DNA from: Xanthobacteraceae bacterium
Lineage (GTDB): Bacteria; Pseudomonadota; Alphaproteobacteria; Rhizobiales; Xanthobacteraceae
Length of the DNA stretch: 64,000 nucleotides
Direction of reading: 5' to 3'
Assembly: GCA_050010955.1 (NCBI GenBank)
Contig: JBEKJZ010000002.1
Location: 10,961 to 74,960 of the forward strand
Shown here: one piece after another, positions 40,584 through 54,549 of the stretch
How the letters are laid out: every line of letters begins with the position of its first letter
Numbering within the stretch: position 1 is the stretch's first letter
The notes under the pieces: model-generated
Databases searched by the model: none
What the model was told of the DNA's origin: nothing
The model's input: only the letters and a program-made list of their open reading frames with translations
Made by a program: the position numbers and the translations under genes

Positions 40584-41429
40584 ATGGCCGCCATCGATTA
40601 CGAGGCAGAGTACAACAATCGGGCCCGCGTGCCGGACCATGCGGAGATTTTTGCGCGCTGGGCGCGCGCGGCCGAGGATTATCGCGCCGAGGCGCTCAAG
40701 CGCGGCCGCGCCGAGCTCGGCCTGTCCTATGGCGATACGCCGCGGCAGACCATCGATCTGTTGCTGCCCGAGGCGGGCGAAGCCGCCCCGTTCGCTTTGT
40801 TCATTCACGGCGGTTATTGGCGCTCGCTCGATCCCTGCTCGTTCAGCCACATGGCGCGCGGCTTGAACGGGCGCGGCGTCGCCGTTGCGGTGATCGGCTA
40901 CGATTTGTGTCCAATCGTCACCGTCGGCGACATCATCGAGCAAATCCGGCGCGCCTGCGTCTTCCTCTGGCTGCGCTTCGGCCGTCACCTCATGATTTAC
41001 GGCCACTCGGCCGGCGGGCAGCTTGCCGCCGCCATGGTCGCGACCGATTGGCCGACCCTCTATCCCAAGGCGCCGCCCGATCTCGTGCCGGCCGGCTACG
41101 CGATTTCCGGCGTCTTCGATCTGACCCCGCTCGTCGGGCTGAGCATGAATCAGGATTTGCGGCTCGACGCCGACGAGGCACGCCGCGTATCGCCGCTGTT
41201 CTGGCCGGTCGCGCCCGGAGGCATGCTCGACGTCGTGGTCGGCGACCTCGAATCCGGCGAGTTCAAGCGCCAGAGCCGAACCATGGCGGAGACCTGGAGG
41301 CAAGGCACGGCGCAAACACGATACCAGGAACTCCCCGGCAACCACTTCACGGTCATCGACCCGCTCGCCGATCCATCAAGCGCCATGGTCGCGCGCATCG
41401 CCGAACTGGCGAAAGAGGTCAGCCGCTAG
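40584..41429 (+). CDS. alpha/beta hydrolase (arylformamidase-like)
   Basis: MAAIDYEAEYNNRARVP.., HGGYW, nucleophile elbow GHSAGG. Only the last about 281 codons of the 749-aa track ORF look coding. Confidence 0.8.
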   Translation: MAAIDYEAEYNNRARVPDHAEIFARWARAAEDYRAEALKRGRAELGLSYGDTPRQTIDLLLPEAGEAAPFALFIHGGYWRSLDPCSFSHMARGLNGRGVAVAVIGYDLCPIVTVGDIIEQIRRACVFLWLRFGRHLMIYGHSAGGQLAAAMVATDWPTLYPKAPPDLVPAGYAISGVFDLTPLVGLSMNQDLRLDADEARRVSPLFWPVAPGGMLDVVVGDLESGEFKRQSRTMAETWRQGTAQTRYQELPGNHFTVIDPLADPSSAMVARIAELAKEVSR

Positions 41430-42306
41430 GCCGACCGTGGCTGAGCAGCACGCAGGCAGACGCCGCAAAGATCAACGCGAACCCGATGACGTCGGCGCCG
41501 GTCGGCCGTTCGCCGAGGATCAGGATCGAGGAGACGACTCCGATCACGGGAATGGCCAGAATGCCGAGGGAAGCCGTTGCCGCAGGCAGCCGTCGCACGA
41601 TGTCGAACCACATGGCATAGGCGATCCCCACGCCGGCGATCCCGACGAACGCGGCGGCTAACAGTCCATCGGCGTGAGCGGCGGCGAGATGCGGCCCGCC
41701 CTCGAACACGAGGAGGCAGGCTCCGATAACGATGAAGGCGATCGTGAGCTGCCAGCTCGCCACCCCCAAGGGATCGGCCTCGATGCGCGCCCATTTCAGA
41801 TAGACGGTGCCGGCGGCCCAACTCAGGCCGGTGGCGACAGCCAATACGACGCCCAGCGGTATCCCGGTCGCGGCCAGTGGCCGGATGAGGACGGCGAGAC
41901 CTAGCGCACACAGAACGAGCGCAAACCCCTGCACACGCGTGGGACGCTCGCCGAGGATCAGCCAAGCCAGCAACACGGTCCAGATCGGCATCGTATAGGT
42001 CAAAACTGCGACCCGTGAGGTCGCGGTCGCATTTTGCGCAAAAGCGCTGAGCAGGCTGAACGACGCGACGTTGAGGACCGAAGCGATCACCACATGCGCC
42101 CACGTCCGCGCCGTCGCGAGGCGGAAGCTGCGGCGCTTGACCAGACAGACCACCAAGAGCGTCAACGCGCCGACGCCTGAAGTCATCGCGCGCATGGTCA
42201 ATGGCGGCATCTGCTCGAGCGCGATCTTCATCGCCGGCCAGGTGACGCCCCAAATCAGGCAAAGCAGGACGAGCGTCAGCTTCGCCCGGATGTCGCCGAC
42301 ACCCAT
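41419..42306 (-). CDS. DMT superfamily (EamA-like) transporter
   Basis: Start MGVGDIRAKL.. (ATG 42306); about 10 TM helices. Confidence 0.85.
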   Translation of the reverse strand: MGVGDIRAKLTLVLLCLIWGVTWPAMKIALEQMPPLTMRAMTSGVGALTLLVVCLVKRRSFRLATARTWAHVVIASVLNVASFSLLSAFAQNATATSRVAVLTYTMPIWTVLLAWLILGERPTRVQGFALVLCALGLAVLIRPLAATGIPLGVVLAVATGLSWAAGTVYLKWARIEADPLGVASWQLTIAFIVIGACLLVFEGGPHLAAAHADGLLAAAFVGIAGVGIAYAMWFDIVRRLPAATASLGILAIPVIGVVSSILILGERPTGADVIGFALIFAASACVLLSHGRPSG

Positions 42307-42341
42307 TGCCGCGGGCTTGGCGTTGCGGTGTTCGCCGACGG

Positions 42342-43274
42342 TCACGGCGCTTTCAGTCCGGCGGCAAGAAACCAGTCGACGATCTTCGCACCGGTCCAGA
42401 ACTTGACGTCGCTCTTTTTGCGAATGGTCTCGAACACGCGGCGGAAATATTTCAGCCGGTGCGGCGCGCCCATGATGTAGGGATGCACGACCAGCGCCAT
42501 GACGCGCGCCGAGTCGACGGCGTCGGCATAGATCTGCTCGAACTGGTCGAGCGCGCGGTCGTAATATTCGCAGGCCTTGTGGTGCTGGATCAGCATCATG
42601 GCGACGTCGTTGCATTCCTGCGTGTAGGGCACATTGATAATCGGTTTGCCGCGGGTTTTGAGCCAGACCGGCTGATCGTCAAGCACCCAATCGGCGACGT
42701 AGTCATAACCTTGCTCGGCGAGCAGGTCCGGCGTTTCCCAGGTCTCGGTGAGGCCGGGGCCGAGCCAGCCGCGCGGCGGCGTTCCGGTCGCCTCGGCGAT
42801 GACCGCGCGGGTCTTGGCGATATCGGCGCCCTCGTTCTTCACCTTCTGCATGTTGCGCTGGGTGAAGCCGTGGCCGATGAATTCCCACTGGCGTCCGGCG
42901 GCGGCGCGCACGATCGCCGGATAGGCGGCAAGCGCCGAGCCGTTGATGGCGAGGACGCCGGGAATGGCGAATTCGTCGAGCACCGTGACCAGGCGCCAGA
43001 AGCCGACCCTGTTGCCGTATTCGTGCCACGCCCAGTTGGGCACGTCGGGCATCGGCGAGCCGCCCGCCGGCGGCGTCAGCACGGTGCGCGGCATCGGCTG
43101 CGTGGGGTCCCATTCCTCGACATTGACGATGACCCACACCACCATGCGGGCGCCGTCGGGGAGCTTGAGCGGCGCACGCTCGGTGATGGCGGAATAGGCA
43201 AGGCGATCCGTCGGCAGCATCGGCCGCTTCGGCGGCCGCTGTCTTGCCGCGGTTTTTCCCGGACGCTTGATCAT
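42342..43274 (-). CDS. polysaccharide deacetylase family protein (PuuE-like)
   Basis: Start MIKRPG (ATG 43274); ..NVEEWD.., ..EFIGHGF.. motifs. Confidence 0.85.
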   Translation of the reverse strand: MIKRPGKTAARQRPPKRPMLPTDRLAYSAITERAPLKLPDGARMVVWVIVNVEEWDPTQPMPRTVLTPPAGGSPMPDVPNWAWHEYGNRVGFWRLVTVLDEFAIPGVLAINGSALAAYPAIVRAAAGRQWEFIGHGFTQRNMQKVKNEGADIAKTRAVIAEATGTPPRGWLGPGLTETWETPDLLAEQGYDYVADWVLDDQPVWLKTRGKPIINVPYTQECNDVAMMLIQHHKACEYYDRALDQFEQIYADAVDSARVMALVVHPYIMGAPHRLKYFRRVFETIRKKSDVKFWTGAKIVDWFLAAGLKAP

Positions 43275-43546
43275 CGCCGAAGTATGCCTGCCGGGCGCCG
43301 TGGCACCAAGGTTCCTCACGCGTGGCTGAAGCCCCCGCCGCAGAGGGGCGCTATGTTGCACCGCATGGCGCGGTATGTTAGCAACGCCGCGATTTTAGCG
43401 GGGCCGCGGGGGCATTCCCGCTGCCTCCATATCCCGAGTCCCGCCTGAATCCCAAAGGCTTGCGCCGGCCGTTCGCGCCGTTTGCGGGTCTTGCGGAAAA
43501 GCTCAAAGAACGACGCGCAGAGAGCACGCGAGCTGAGAGCAGGCAC

Positions 43547-45639
<2,093 letters not shown>

Positions 45640-45660
45640 GCAGGGACAGACCTAAACCCG

Positions 45661-47990
<2,330 letters not shown>

Positions 47991-48007
47991 CAACGGCGTA
48001 AGCACCC

Positions 48008-48406
48008 ATGGCTGAACTTCATCTCGAATTCGTCTCGCCGGAAAGCGTGCTGTTTTCGGGCGACGTCGACCAGGTGGACCTGCCCGGCGCCGAGGGCGAC
48101 ATGGGCATTCTCGCCGGCCATGCGCCGCTGGTGACGACGCTGCGGCCGGGCGTCGTGACGATCTTTCGCGGCGGGGCACGCGAGGCGGTGGTCGTCACCG
48201 GCGGCTTTGCCGAGGTCGGCCCCGCCGGGCTGACCGTGCTCGCCGACCGCGCCGTGGCGCGCGAGGATTTCGACACCGCGACGTTGGCCAACGAAATCAA
48301 GGACACCGAAGAAGACGTCGCCGACTCGACGAATGAGGCTCAGCGCGACAAGCTCGCGCGCCACCTCGACCAGCTGAAGACCTTGCAGGCGGCGCTGACG
48401 CCATAG
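48008..48406 (+). CDS. atpC: F1 ATP synthase subunit epsilon
   Basis: 132 aa, last gene of atpHAGDC; ..VDLPGAEGDMGILAGHAPL.. Confidence 0.93.
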   Translation: MAELHLEFVSPESVLFSGDVDQVDLPGAEGDMGILAGHAPLVTTLRPGVVTIFRGGAREAVVVTGGFAEVGPAGLTVLADRAVAREDFDTATLANEIKDTEEDVADSTNEAQRDKLARHLDQLKTLQAALTP

Positions 48407-48440
48407 CGCGCGTCGCTCGATTCATCAGCCTCGTTCGGCT

Positions 48441-48482
48441 TTAGAGCGCAATCGCTTCAGATTGAATCGATTGGCGCTCTAA
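48441..48482. repeat. imperfect palindromic repeat TTAGAGCGCAATCG...CGATTGGCGCTCTAA
   Basis: Arms at 48441-54 and 48468-82. TTAGAGCGC also precedes REP copy 4 at 36804-36812. Confidence 0.5.
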
Positions 48483-48491
48483 TATCCTAGT

Positions 48492-48540
48492 GGCGCATGA
48501 TCTTTTCGGAAAACCGGCCTCCACTTTTCCGGATTATGCT
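48492..48540 (+). repeat. REP-like palindromic element, copy 5
   Basis: GCATGATC-TTTTCGGAAAACCGGCCTCCACTTTTCCG-GATTATGC, between convergent atpC (+) and rppH (-). Confidence 0.85.
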
Positions 48541-49047
48541 TTAGCTTTGCGGTGCCGCGAATCTCTTAAACTCCGCCACCACCCGCTCGTAGGTCTTGCG
48601 CTTGAAGGGCACGACTAAATCCGGGAGGTTTTGCAGCTTCTCCCAACGCCATTCCATGAATTCCGGTTCGTGGCCGCCCGCCGGATGCGCGATATCGATC
48701 TCGCTCTCGTCCCCGGTAAAGCGCAGCGCGAACCATTTCTGTTTTTGGCCGCGGTACTTGCCGTTCCAGGCCTGGCCCACGAGCTCGCGCGGAATATCGT
48801 AGGTCAGCCACTCCGCGACCTCGCCGAGGCGTTGCACCGAGCTGATATTGGTTTCCTCGTGCAGCTCGCGCAAAGCGGCCGGCCAGGGGTCCTCGCCCCG
48901 GTCGATGCCGCCCTGCGGCATCTGCCACGCATGCGTGCTGTCGACATGCTCGGGACCGTTGACGCGGCGGCCGATGAAGGCGAGCCCGGCGCGATTGAGC
49001 ACCATCATGCCGGCACAGAGGCGATAGGGCAGACTTTCGAAGGACAT
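48541..49047 (-). CDS. rppH: RNA pyrophosphohydrolase (NUDIX)
   Basis: 168 aa; ..[27 protein letters not shown].. NUDIX box and RppH-type C-terminus. Confidence 0.9.
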   Translation of the reverse strand: MSFESLPYRLCAGMMVLNRAGLAFIGRRVNGPEHVDSTHAWQMPQGGIDRGEDPWPAALRELHEETNISSVQRLGEVAEWLTYDIPRELVGQAWNGKYRGQKQKWFALRFTGDESEIDIAHPAGGHEPEFMEWRWEKLQNLPDLVVPFKRKTYERVVAEFKRFAAPQS

Positions 49048-49140
49048 GCGGAATAAGCGAATGGTGAAGGGTGGGTGGTCCGGAGTGCCTAGCGCATTGC
49101 CGGCGCCTCGACCATTCTATTCGCTGCCTTTGCTGTTTCG

Positions 49141-49647
49141 CTATTCGCTTCCCTTCAGCTTTGCGTCGCCTTCATTACTGCCGCGGCGACGGGGTGGAGA
49201 AGCCGGAAGCGGCTTTTCGCCAGCTTCGCCCATGTTCGGCGACGGCGCGGTCGGAATCACCACCTCCCGCCGCTCCCCGGTCTTGCCGTCGATGATCGTG
49301 ACCGTCCTGGTGCTCTCCGGCGCCGCCTGATTGGCCGGCGGCTTCGAGACCGGCACAACGGCAACAGTCGGCCCGTCGGATGCGCCGGGAGCTTGCACAC
49401 CGGCATTGGCTGGCGGCGGGACCGTCAATTCGGGCTTGGTGACGACCTTTGCCGCCTGCAGATTGATCGGCACGGTGACTGTGGGCTCGCCGCCGAACGA
49501 GCCGTCGCCGACAATGACCCACACCACGAACAGCGCGAAAAACAGCCCGAGCGCGCCGGCGATGACATGCGGCACCGCGATGGGCAAGCGACGCCGCTGC
49601 TTTACCGGCTGCTGGCCGAGCGGGGCGCTGAAATCATCGACCGTCAT
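49141..49647 (-). CDS. membrane-anchored Pro/Ala-rich hypothetical protein
   Basis: 168 aa; one TM (VIAGALGLFFALFVVWVIV), then a low-complexity P/A/V-rich region; own transcription unit downstream of the ctpA terminator. Confidence 0.55.
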   Translation of the reverse strand: MTVDDFSAPLGQQPVKQRRRLPIAVPHVIAGALGLFFALFVVWVIVGDGSFGGEPTVTVPINLQAAKVVTKPELTVPPPANAGVQAPGASDGPTVAVVPVSKPPANQAAPESTRTVTIIDGKTGERREVVIPTAPSPNMGEAGEKPLPASPPRRRGSNEGDAKLKGSE

Positions 49648-49756
49648 CGGTCAAGTCCTGGGACATTCCCGGCGAATCATGCCCGGGCGAATCAGGCCGA
49701 CAGCCTATCACGGGAGGAACCCTGAGACTTGAAGCCCCACTCGCCCCTGGCGGGAC

Positions 49757-49791
49757 TGAAAAAACAGCGGGGCGGCTCGTCGCCGCCCCGC
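49757..49791 (-). terminator. rho-independent terminator after ctpA
   Basis: Minus strand GCGGGGCGGC-GACGA-GCCGCCCCGC followed by TGTTTTTTC (A-run 49759-64 on the + strand), 23 nt after the ctpA stop. Confidence 0.7.
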
Positions 49792-49813
49792 ATTCGGATG
49801 AGGAACCCGCCGT

Positions 49814-51148
49814 CTAGTTGGGGACGGCGGCCTTCGGATTTGGCGGGAACGCGGCGTCGGTGATCGTGCCGCGCAGGAGATCGATCGCCTCTTTGAGCGC
49901 CCGATCGTCCTTTTCATCCGGCGGCACATAGGACTGCGAGCCGGACTCTTCCGTCCCCTCGGCCTTGAGATGACCGCGGAGCGAGGCCTCGCCCTTGGTA
50001 TCGGTGCGGGCCTTCAGGTCGTCCGGCACGTCCTGCAGCACCTCGATGTCGGGCGTGATGCCCTTGGCCTGGATCGAGCGGCCCGACGGCGTGTAGTAGC
50101 GTGCCGTGGTCAGCCGCAGTGCGCCGTTGCCGGACCCGAGCGGGATGATCGTCTGCACCGAGCCCTTGCCGAACGAGCGGGTGCCGACGAGGGTGGCGCG
50201 CTTGTGGTCCTGCAGGGCGCCGGCGACGATCTCCGATGCCGAGGCGGAACCGCCATTGATCAACACGATAACCGGCTTGCCCTTGGTCAAATCGCCCGGC
50301 CGGGCATTGAAGCGTTGCGTCTCCTCGGCGTTGCGGCCGCGGGTGGAGACGATTTCGCCCTTCTCCAAGAACGCATCCGAAACCGAGATCGCCTGGTCGA
50401 GCAGGCCGCCCGGATTGTTGCGCAGATCGACCACGAAGCCTTTGATCTTGTCGGCGCCGAGCTGCGAGGTGAGATCGGTGATTGCCTTCTTCAGGCCGTC
50501 GGTGGTTTGCTCGTTGAACTGCGTGACGCGGATGTAGCCGATATCATCGCCCTCGCTATGCGAACGCACCGATTTGACGCGGATGACGTCGCGCATGATC
50601 GTCACTTCGATCGGCTTGTCGGCGCCCTTGCGCATGATCGTGAGCTTGATCTTGGTGTTGACCGGGCCGCGCATCTTATCGACGGCCTGATTGAGCGTCA
50701 GGCCTTGCACCTGCTCGTCGTCAAGCTTGGTGATGATGTCGTTGGCCATGACGCCGGCCTTGGCCGCCGGCGTCTCGTCGATCGGCGCCACCACCTTCAC
50801 CAGCCCGTCTTCCATGGTGACCTCGATGCCGAGGCCGCCGAATTCGCCGCGCGTCTGCACTTGCATGTCGCGGAAGCTCTTCGGGTCCATGTAGCTCGAA
50901 TGCGGGTCGAGGCCGGCCAGCATGCCGTTGATCGCCGATTCGACGAGCTTGCTGTCGTCCGGCTTCTCGACGTAATCGGCGCGCACGCGCTCGAAAACGT
51001 CGCCGAACAGATTGAGTTGCCGGTAGGTGTCCGACGAAGCCGCTTTGGCGACCGATCCGACCAGCGCGGTGTGTGGCTGCGTTACCAGCAGCGTGAGCCC
51101 GGCACCTGCGATTGCGCCGAGGAACATGAGGGAAGTTTTGCGCATCAT
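49814..51148 (-). CDS. ctpA: S41 carboxy-terminal processing protease
   Basis: 444 aa; PDZ domain plus ..LINGGSASASEIVAGALQD.. catalytic region. Confidence 0.92.
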   Translation of the reverse strand: MMRKTSLMFLGAIAGAGLTLLVTQPHTALVGSVAKAASSDTYRQLNLFGDVFERVRADYVEKPDDSKLVESAINGMLAGLDPHSSYMDPKSFRDMQVQTRGEFGGLGIEVTMEDGLVKVVAPIDETPAAKAGVMANDIITKLDDEQVQGLTLNQAVDKMRGPVNTKIKLTIMRKGADKPIEVTIMRDVIRVKSVRSHSEGDDIGYIRVTQFNEQTTDGLKKAITDLTSQLGADKIKGFVVDLRNNPGGLLDQAISVSDAFLEKGEIVSTRGRNAEETQRFNARPGDLTKGKPVIVLINGGSASASEIVAGALQDHKRATLVGTRSFGKGSVQTIIPLGSGNGALRLTTARYYTPSGRSIQAKGITPDIEVLQDVPDDLKARTDTKGEASLRGHLKAEGTEESGSQSYVPPDEKDDRALKEAIDLLRGTITDAAFPPNPKAAVPN

Positions 51149-52584
51149 CCGCGAACCTTTTCACCTTCGGTTGTTGCCCACCACGGGCTTGGATCGATGG
51201 GAGTTCCATCCTTACGGAACTCCACATAAAGCACAGGTTGCATAGACCTGGTCGCTACGGCCGCGGATTCCGGCGATCCACCGCCCATCACCGCTACGGG
51301 TTCACCCGTGAGCACAAACTGGCCGAGATCGACGGAAATCCCGTCCATCCCTGCCAATAGCACATGATACCCGCCGCCGGCATTCAGGATCAAGAGTTGC
51401 CCATAGCTGCGAAACGGGCCGGCGTAAACGACCCAACCGTCGCATGGGGCGGTGATCTGGGCGCCGCCACGGGCGGCGATGGATAGCCCCTTCTGGATGC
51501 CTCCGACGCCGTCGGAGGCGCCAAATTCGCGGATTTTCACCCCATTCACCGGCAAGCGCAGGTGCCCCCGTGTGGCCGCGAACGCCACCGCCGGGGCCAT
51601 GCGGCCGGGGTCCTTGAGCGCGGCGAGGTCGGGCCGGGTGGCGTCCTGTTCGATCGAGCGGCTCTCGGCGCGGGCGGCGCGGGTGGCACTATTGAGCCCT
51701 GATTCGAGCTTGGCGATGAGATCCTTGAGATTGTCGACCTGATGCGCCAGGTCGGCGGCGCGCGCCCGTTCGGCATCGAGTGCCTGTTCGGTGGCGGCTT
51801 GTTTGTTCTGTCGTTCGTCGATCAAAACGTTCATGCGCAGCTGCTCGCGCCCAAGCAGGGCGAGATCGCGCGACAGGCGCTCGCGTTCGCTGGCGATATC
51901 CTTGCGCACGCGCGAAAGATCGGCGAGGTCGCTGGCGAGCGCGTCGGCCTGGGCGCGCATTTCCGGCACCACGGCGCCGAGCGTGATGGCGCTGCGCAGC
52001 GCTTGCAACGCGTCCTCCGGCCGCACCAGGAGGGCCGGCGGCGGCTGATGGCCAATCCGTTGCAGCGCCGCGAGGATCTCGACGGTGATGCCGCGGCGCT
52101 CCTCGAGCGATCTGCGAAGAAACACTTCCCGCTCGTCGAGCTGCTTGGCGCGCGCCCGCGTCGCTTCGATGCTGGCCTCGACGTCGCGCACGCGCGCGGC
52201 GGTGTCGATGAGCTCTTGGTTGAGCGCGCGCCGATCATCACCGATCGCGTCGATTTCCCGCTTGAGCTTCGCCTGGATTTCTGCCGACTCGCGCTCCTTG
52301 GCGCGAGCCGCCTCGAGTTCCTGATCGTGCTGTTTGAGGGCATCCGGGTCGGAGGTCGCGGGTGTGGGAGCGGTCGGGGCGGCCGGCGGCCAGGAGAGCC
52401 CGGCGAACGGAATCTCCGCCGCCCCCGGAGATTGAACGGACGGAGTTTGAGCGAGCGCGGTCAAGTTTGCGCCGAAGGGCAGTGCCAAAGCCAGGGCCGA
52501 CCCGAGCACAAGGCGCGGATCGGTGCGGCTCGACCGGCGGAGAATCATGTTGTCCAAAAGTAGACGCCAAGTTCGGGAACGCAA
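51145..52584 (-). CDS. M23 peptidase-domain murein hydrolase activator (EnvC-like)
   Basis: Long coiled-coil region followed by a C-terminal M23/LytM domain. An alternative start at 52548 is possible. Confidence 0.88.
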   Translation of the reverse strand: MRSRTWRLLLDNMILRRSSRTDPRLVLGSALALALPFGANLTALAQTPSVQSPGAAEIPFAGLSWPPAAPTAPTPATSDPDALKQHDQELEAARAKERESAEIQAKLKREIDAIGDDRRALNQELIDTAARVRDVEASIEATRARAKQLDEREVFLRRSLEERRGITVEILAALQRIGHQPPPALLVRPEDALQALRSAITLGAVVPEMRAQADALASDLADLSRVRKDIASERERLSRDLALLGREQLRMNVLIDERQNKQAATEQALDAERARAADLAHQVDNLKDLIAKLESGLNSATRAARAESRSIEQDATRPDLAALKDPGRMAPAVAFAATRGHLRLPVNGVKIREFGASDGVGGIQKGLSIAARGGAQITAPCDGWVVYAGPFRSYGQLLILNAGGGYHVLLAGMDGISVDLGQFVLTGEPVAVMGGGSPESAAVATRSMQPVLYVEFRKDGTPIDPSPWWATTEGEKVRG

Positions 52585-52684
52585 GACAAAGCAGACACGA
52601 TGCGACCGGATTAAGACACGGGCCGGCGCGATCTGTCACAAATCGGTGAGGCGACATTAAGAACAATTCAGATTCAGGGGACGG

Positions 52685-53167
52685 TCAGCCCCGGTGATAA
52701 GGATGCCCGGCGAGAATGGTGCCGGCGCGATAGAGCTGTTCCAGCAGCATGATGCGCACGAGCTGATGCGGCCAAGTGGCGGCTCCGAACGCGAGCCGGA
52801 GCTTGGCGCGCTGGGCGAGGCTCGGCGCGAGTCCATCGGCACCGCCGATGAGAAAGCACACGGCCGCCCGATCTTCCGCGCGCCATTCGCGCAGCAGCGC
52901 CGCCAGCGCCGGGCTGTCGAGGCTCTGACCGCGCTGGTCGAGAACGACGACAATCGCGCCGTCGGGAATGACATTGGCGAGCGCGATCGATTCCTCGACA
53001 CAGCGGCGCTCGGCATCCTGGGCGCGACTTTCGCGTATCTCGATGACTTCCACGTCGCGCAGCCCGAGCGAACGGCCGGTCGCTTCCGCGCGCTTGCGAT
53101 ACCAGGCGGCGAGCTCGCGCTCGGGTCCTTGCTTCAGGCGGCCGATTGCGGCGACGACAAGGCGCAT
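52685..53167 (-). CDS. rlmH: 23S rRNA (pseudouridine1915-N3)-methyltransferase
   Basis: 160 aa SPOUT protein; ..FLIGGADG.. and C-terminal ..GHPYHRG. Confidence 0.93.
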   Translation of the reverse strand: MRLVVAAIGRLKQGPERELAAWYRKRAEATGRSLGLRDVEVIEIRESRAQDAERRCVEESIALANVIPDGAIVVVLDQRGQSLDSPALAALLREWRAEDRAAVCFLIGGADGLAPSLAQRAKLRLAFGAATWPHQLVRIMLLEQLYRAGTILAGHPYHRG

Positions 53168-53263
53168 GGACGGTCACACCTGACTGCGCAGGCGAAGTGC
53201 AACGTCGCCCTTTGCGGGCCGGTTCGCCGCCACCTCGGGGTGGCGAAACGTTATGACGCGAGC

Positions 53264-53632
53264 TCAGCTCACGCGTCGTGCCGAACGCCCAGCCGTCCAC
53301 ATCCCTTCGAGATTGTAGAAGGCGCGGACCTCGGGGCGGAAGACGTGAACGATCACATCGCTGGCGTCGATCAGCACCCAGTCGCAATGCGGAACGCCTT
53401 CGACGCGGGCGACGACGCCGAATTTGTGCAGGTCCTCGACGACCCTGTCGGCGACCGAGCCGACATGGCGTTGCGACCGGCCGGAAGCCACGACCATGTA
53501 GTCGCCGATCGAAGATTTGTCCCGGAGGTCGATGGTGAGGGTGTCCTCCGCCTTCATATCGTCGAGGCGGTAAAGGACCAGACGGAGGATCTCCTCGGCG
53601 TCAGGACGCATTCTGGAGACCGGTTCGGGCAC
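53264..53632 (-). CDS. rsfS: ribosome silencing factor
   Basis: ..IGDYMVVASGRSQRHV..DWVLIDASDVIVHVFRPEVRAFYNLE.. Confidence 0.9.
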   Translation of the reverse strand: MPEPVSRMRPDAEEILRLVLYRLDDMKAEDTLTIDLRDKSSIGDYMVVASGRSQRHVGSVADRVVEDLHKFGVVARVEGVPHCDWVLIDASDVIVHVFRPEVRAFYNLEGMWTAGRSARRVS

Positions 53633-53780
53633 GCGACGGTCGGCCCGAAAGATCGCAGGTGTGGACAGGGGTCCTTATCCTTTCGCTCCATTTTCGACCC
53701 TGGTCAGAGACTCCAGGGCTGGCACTAAGATAGGCACGCAGCGTTAATAGTTTCAACAGTCTTGATCCAACGTGACGTAA

Positions 53781-54473
53781 TCACTCATCGTGCAAAGCCC
53801 GTGCCGCCCGCAACGCCGTCGAGGACAGCGGCGATTTGAGGCCATGCAGATAAATCCAAGCCGGCGGCGGTCGTTCCGGCAGGGCTTTTGCCGCCGATTC
53901 GGGCATGCGGGCGTAGGCCAGCGCATGACCGGCGACGCCGGCCGAAGCATAGAGGCTGGGACCGAGCCGATCGACGACCGCGATCGGCACCAGCCGCGCA
54001 ATGTCGCGCCAGTGGCGCCAGCGATGAAAGCTGCGCAGATTGTCGGCCCCCATGATCCAGACGAAGTGCACGTGCGGGCAACGCCGCAGCAGATAGCGGA
54101 GCGTCTGGTAGGTGTAGTGCGTGCCGATCTCCGCTTCGAGATCGCTCACGTCGATGCGCGGATGGTTGGCCAGCGCCCGCGCGGCGACGACGCGCTCTTC
54201 GAGCGGCGCGAGACCGCGGGTGTCCTTGAGCGGATTGCCGGGCGTGACCAGCCACCACACGCGATCCAGCCCGATCCGCTTCATGGCGAGCAGACTGGCC
54301 CCGCGATGGGCCGCGTGGGCCGGATCGAACGTCCCGCCGAACAGCCCGATGCGCATGCCGGGCGCATGGGGCGGCAACACGGGGCGGGCTTTGAGCCCAC
54401 CCGACGCTCCCACGCTTGCGCGCGAGGGAACGGAAGGAGCAGCCGCACGCGGAGGCGGGAACTCGCGGTTCAT
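53781..54473 (-). CDS. nadD: nicotinate-nucleotide adenylyltransferase
   Basis: ..MRIGLFGGTFDPAHAAH.. motif. The start is uncertain (ATG 54473 or 54356). The track ORF up to 54842 overlaps proA and is rejected. Confidence 0.85.
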   Translation of the reverse strand: MNREFPPPRAAAPSVPSRASVGASGGLKARPVLPPHAPGMRIGLFGGTFDPAHAAHRGASLLAMKRIGLDRVWWLVTPGNPLKDTRGLAPLEERVVAARALANHPRIDVSDLEAEIGTHYTYQTLRYLLRRCPHVHFVWIMGADNLRSFHRWRHWRDIARLVPIAVVDRLGPSLYASAGVAGHALAYARMPESAAKALPERPPPAWIYLHGLKSPLSSTALRAARALHDE

Positions 54474-54549
54474 GGCCGTCGAAACAACCCCCTCCACACC
54501 CGTCGTCCGCCAACCGCCGCTCGCTACATGCCGCGGCGGCGGACGAAAA

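Noticed and set aside
40488-41345. N-terminal extension of the 654-aa - strand ORF containing mtnA
   Set aside because: It is antisense to the hydrolase gene. MtnA homology begins at MKVDGK (40487).
51214-51242. GGAAC-N16-GTTG on the + strand
   Set aside because: It lies inside, and antisense to, the M23 peptidase coding region, and its -10 is imperfect. It is most likely a chance match.
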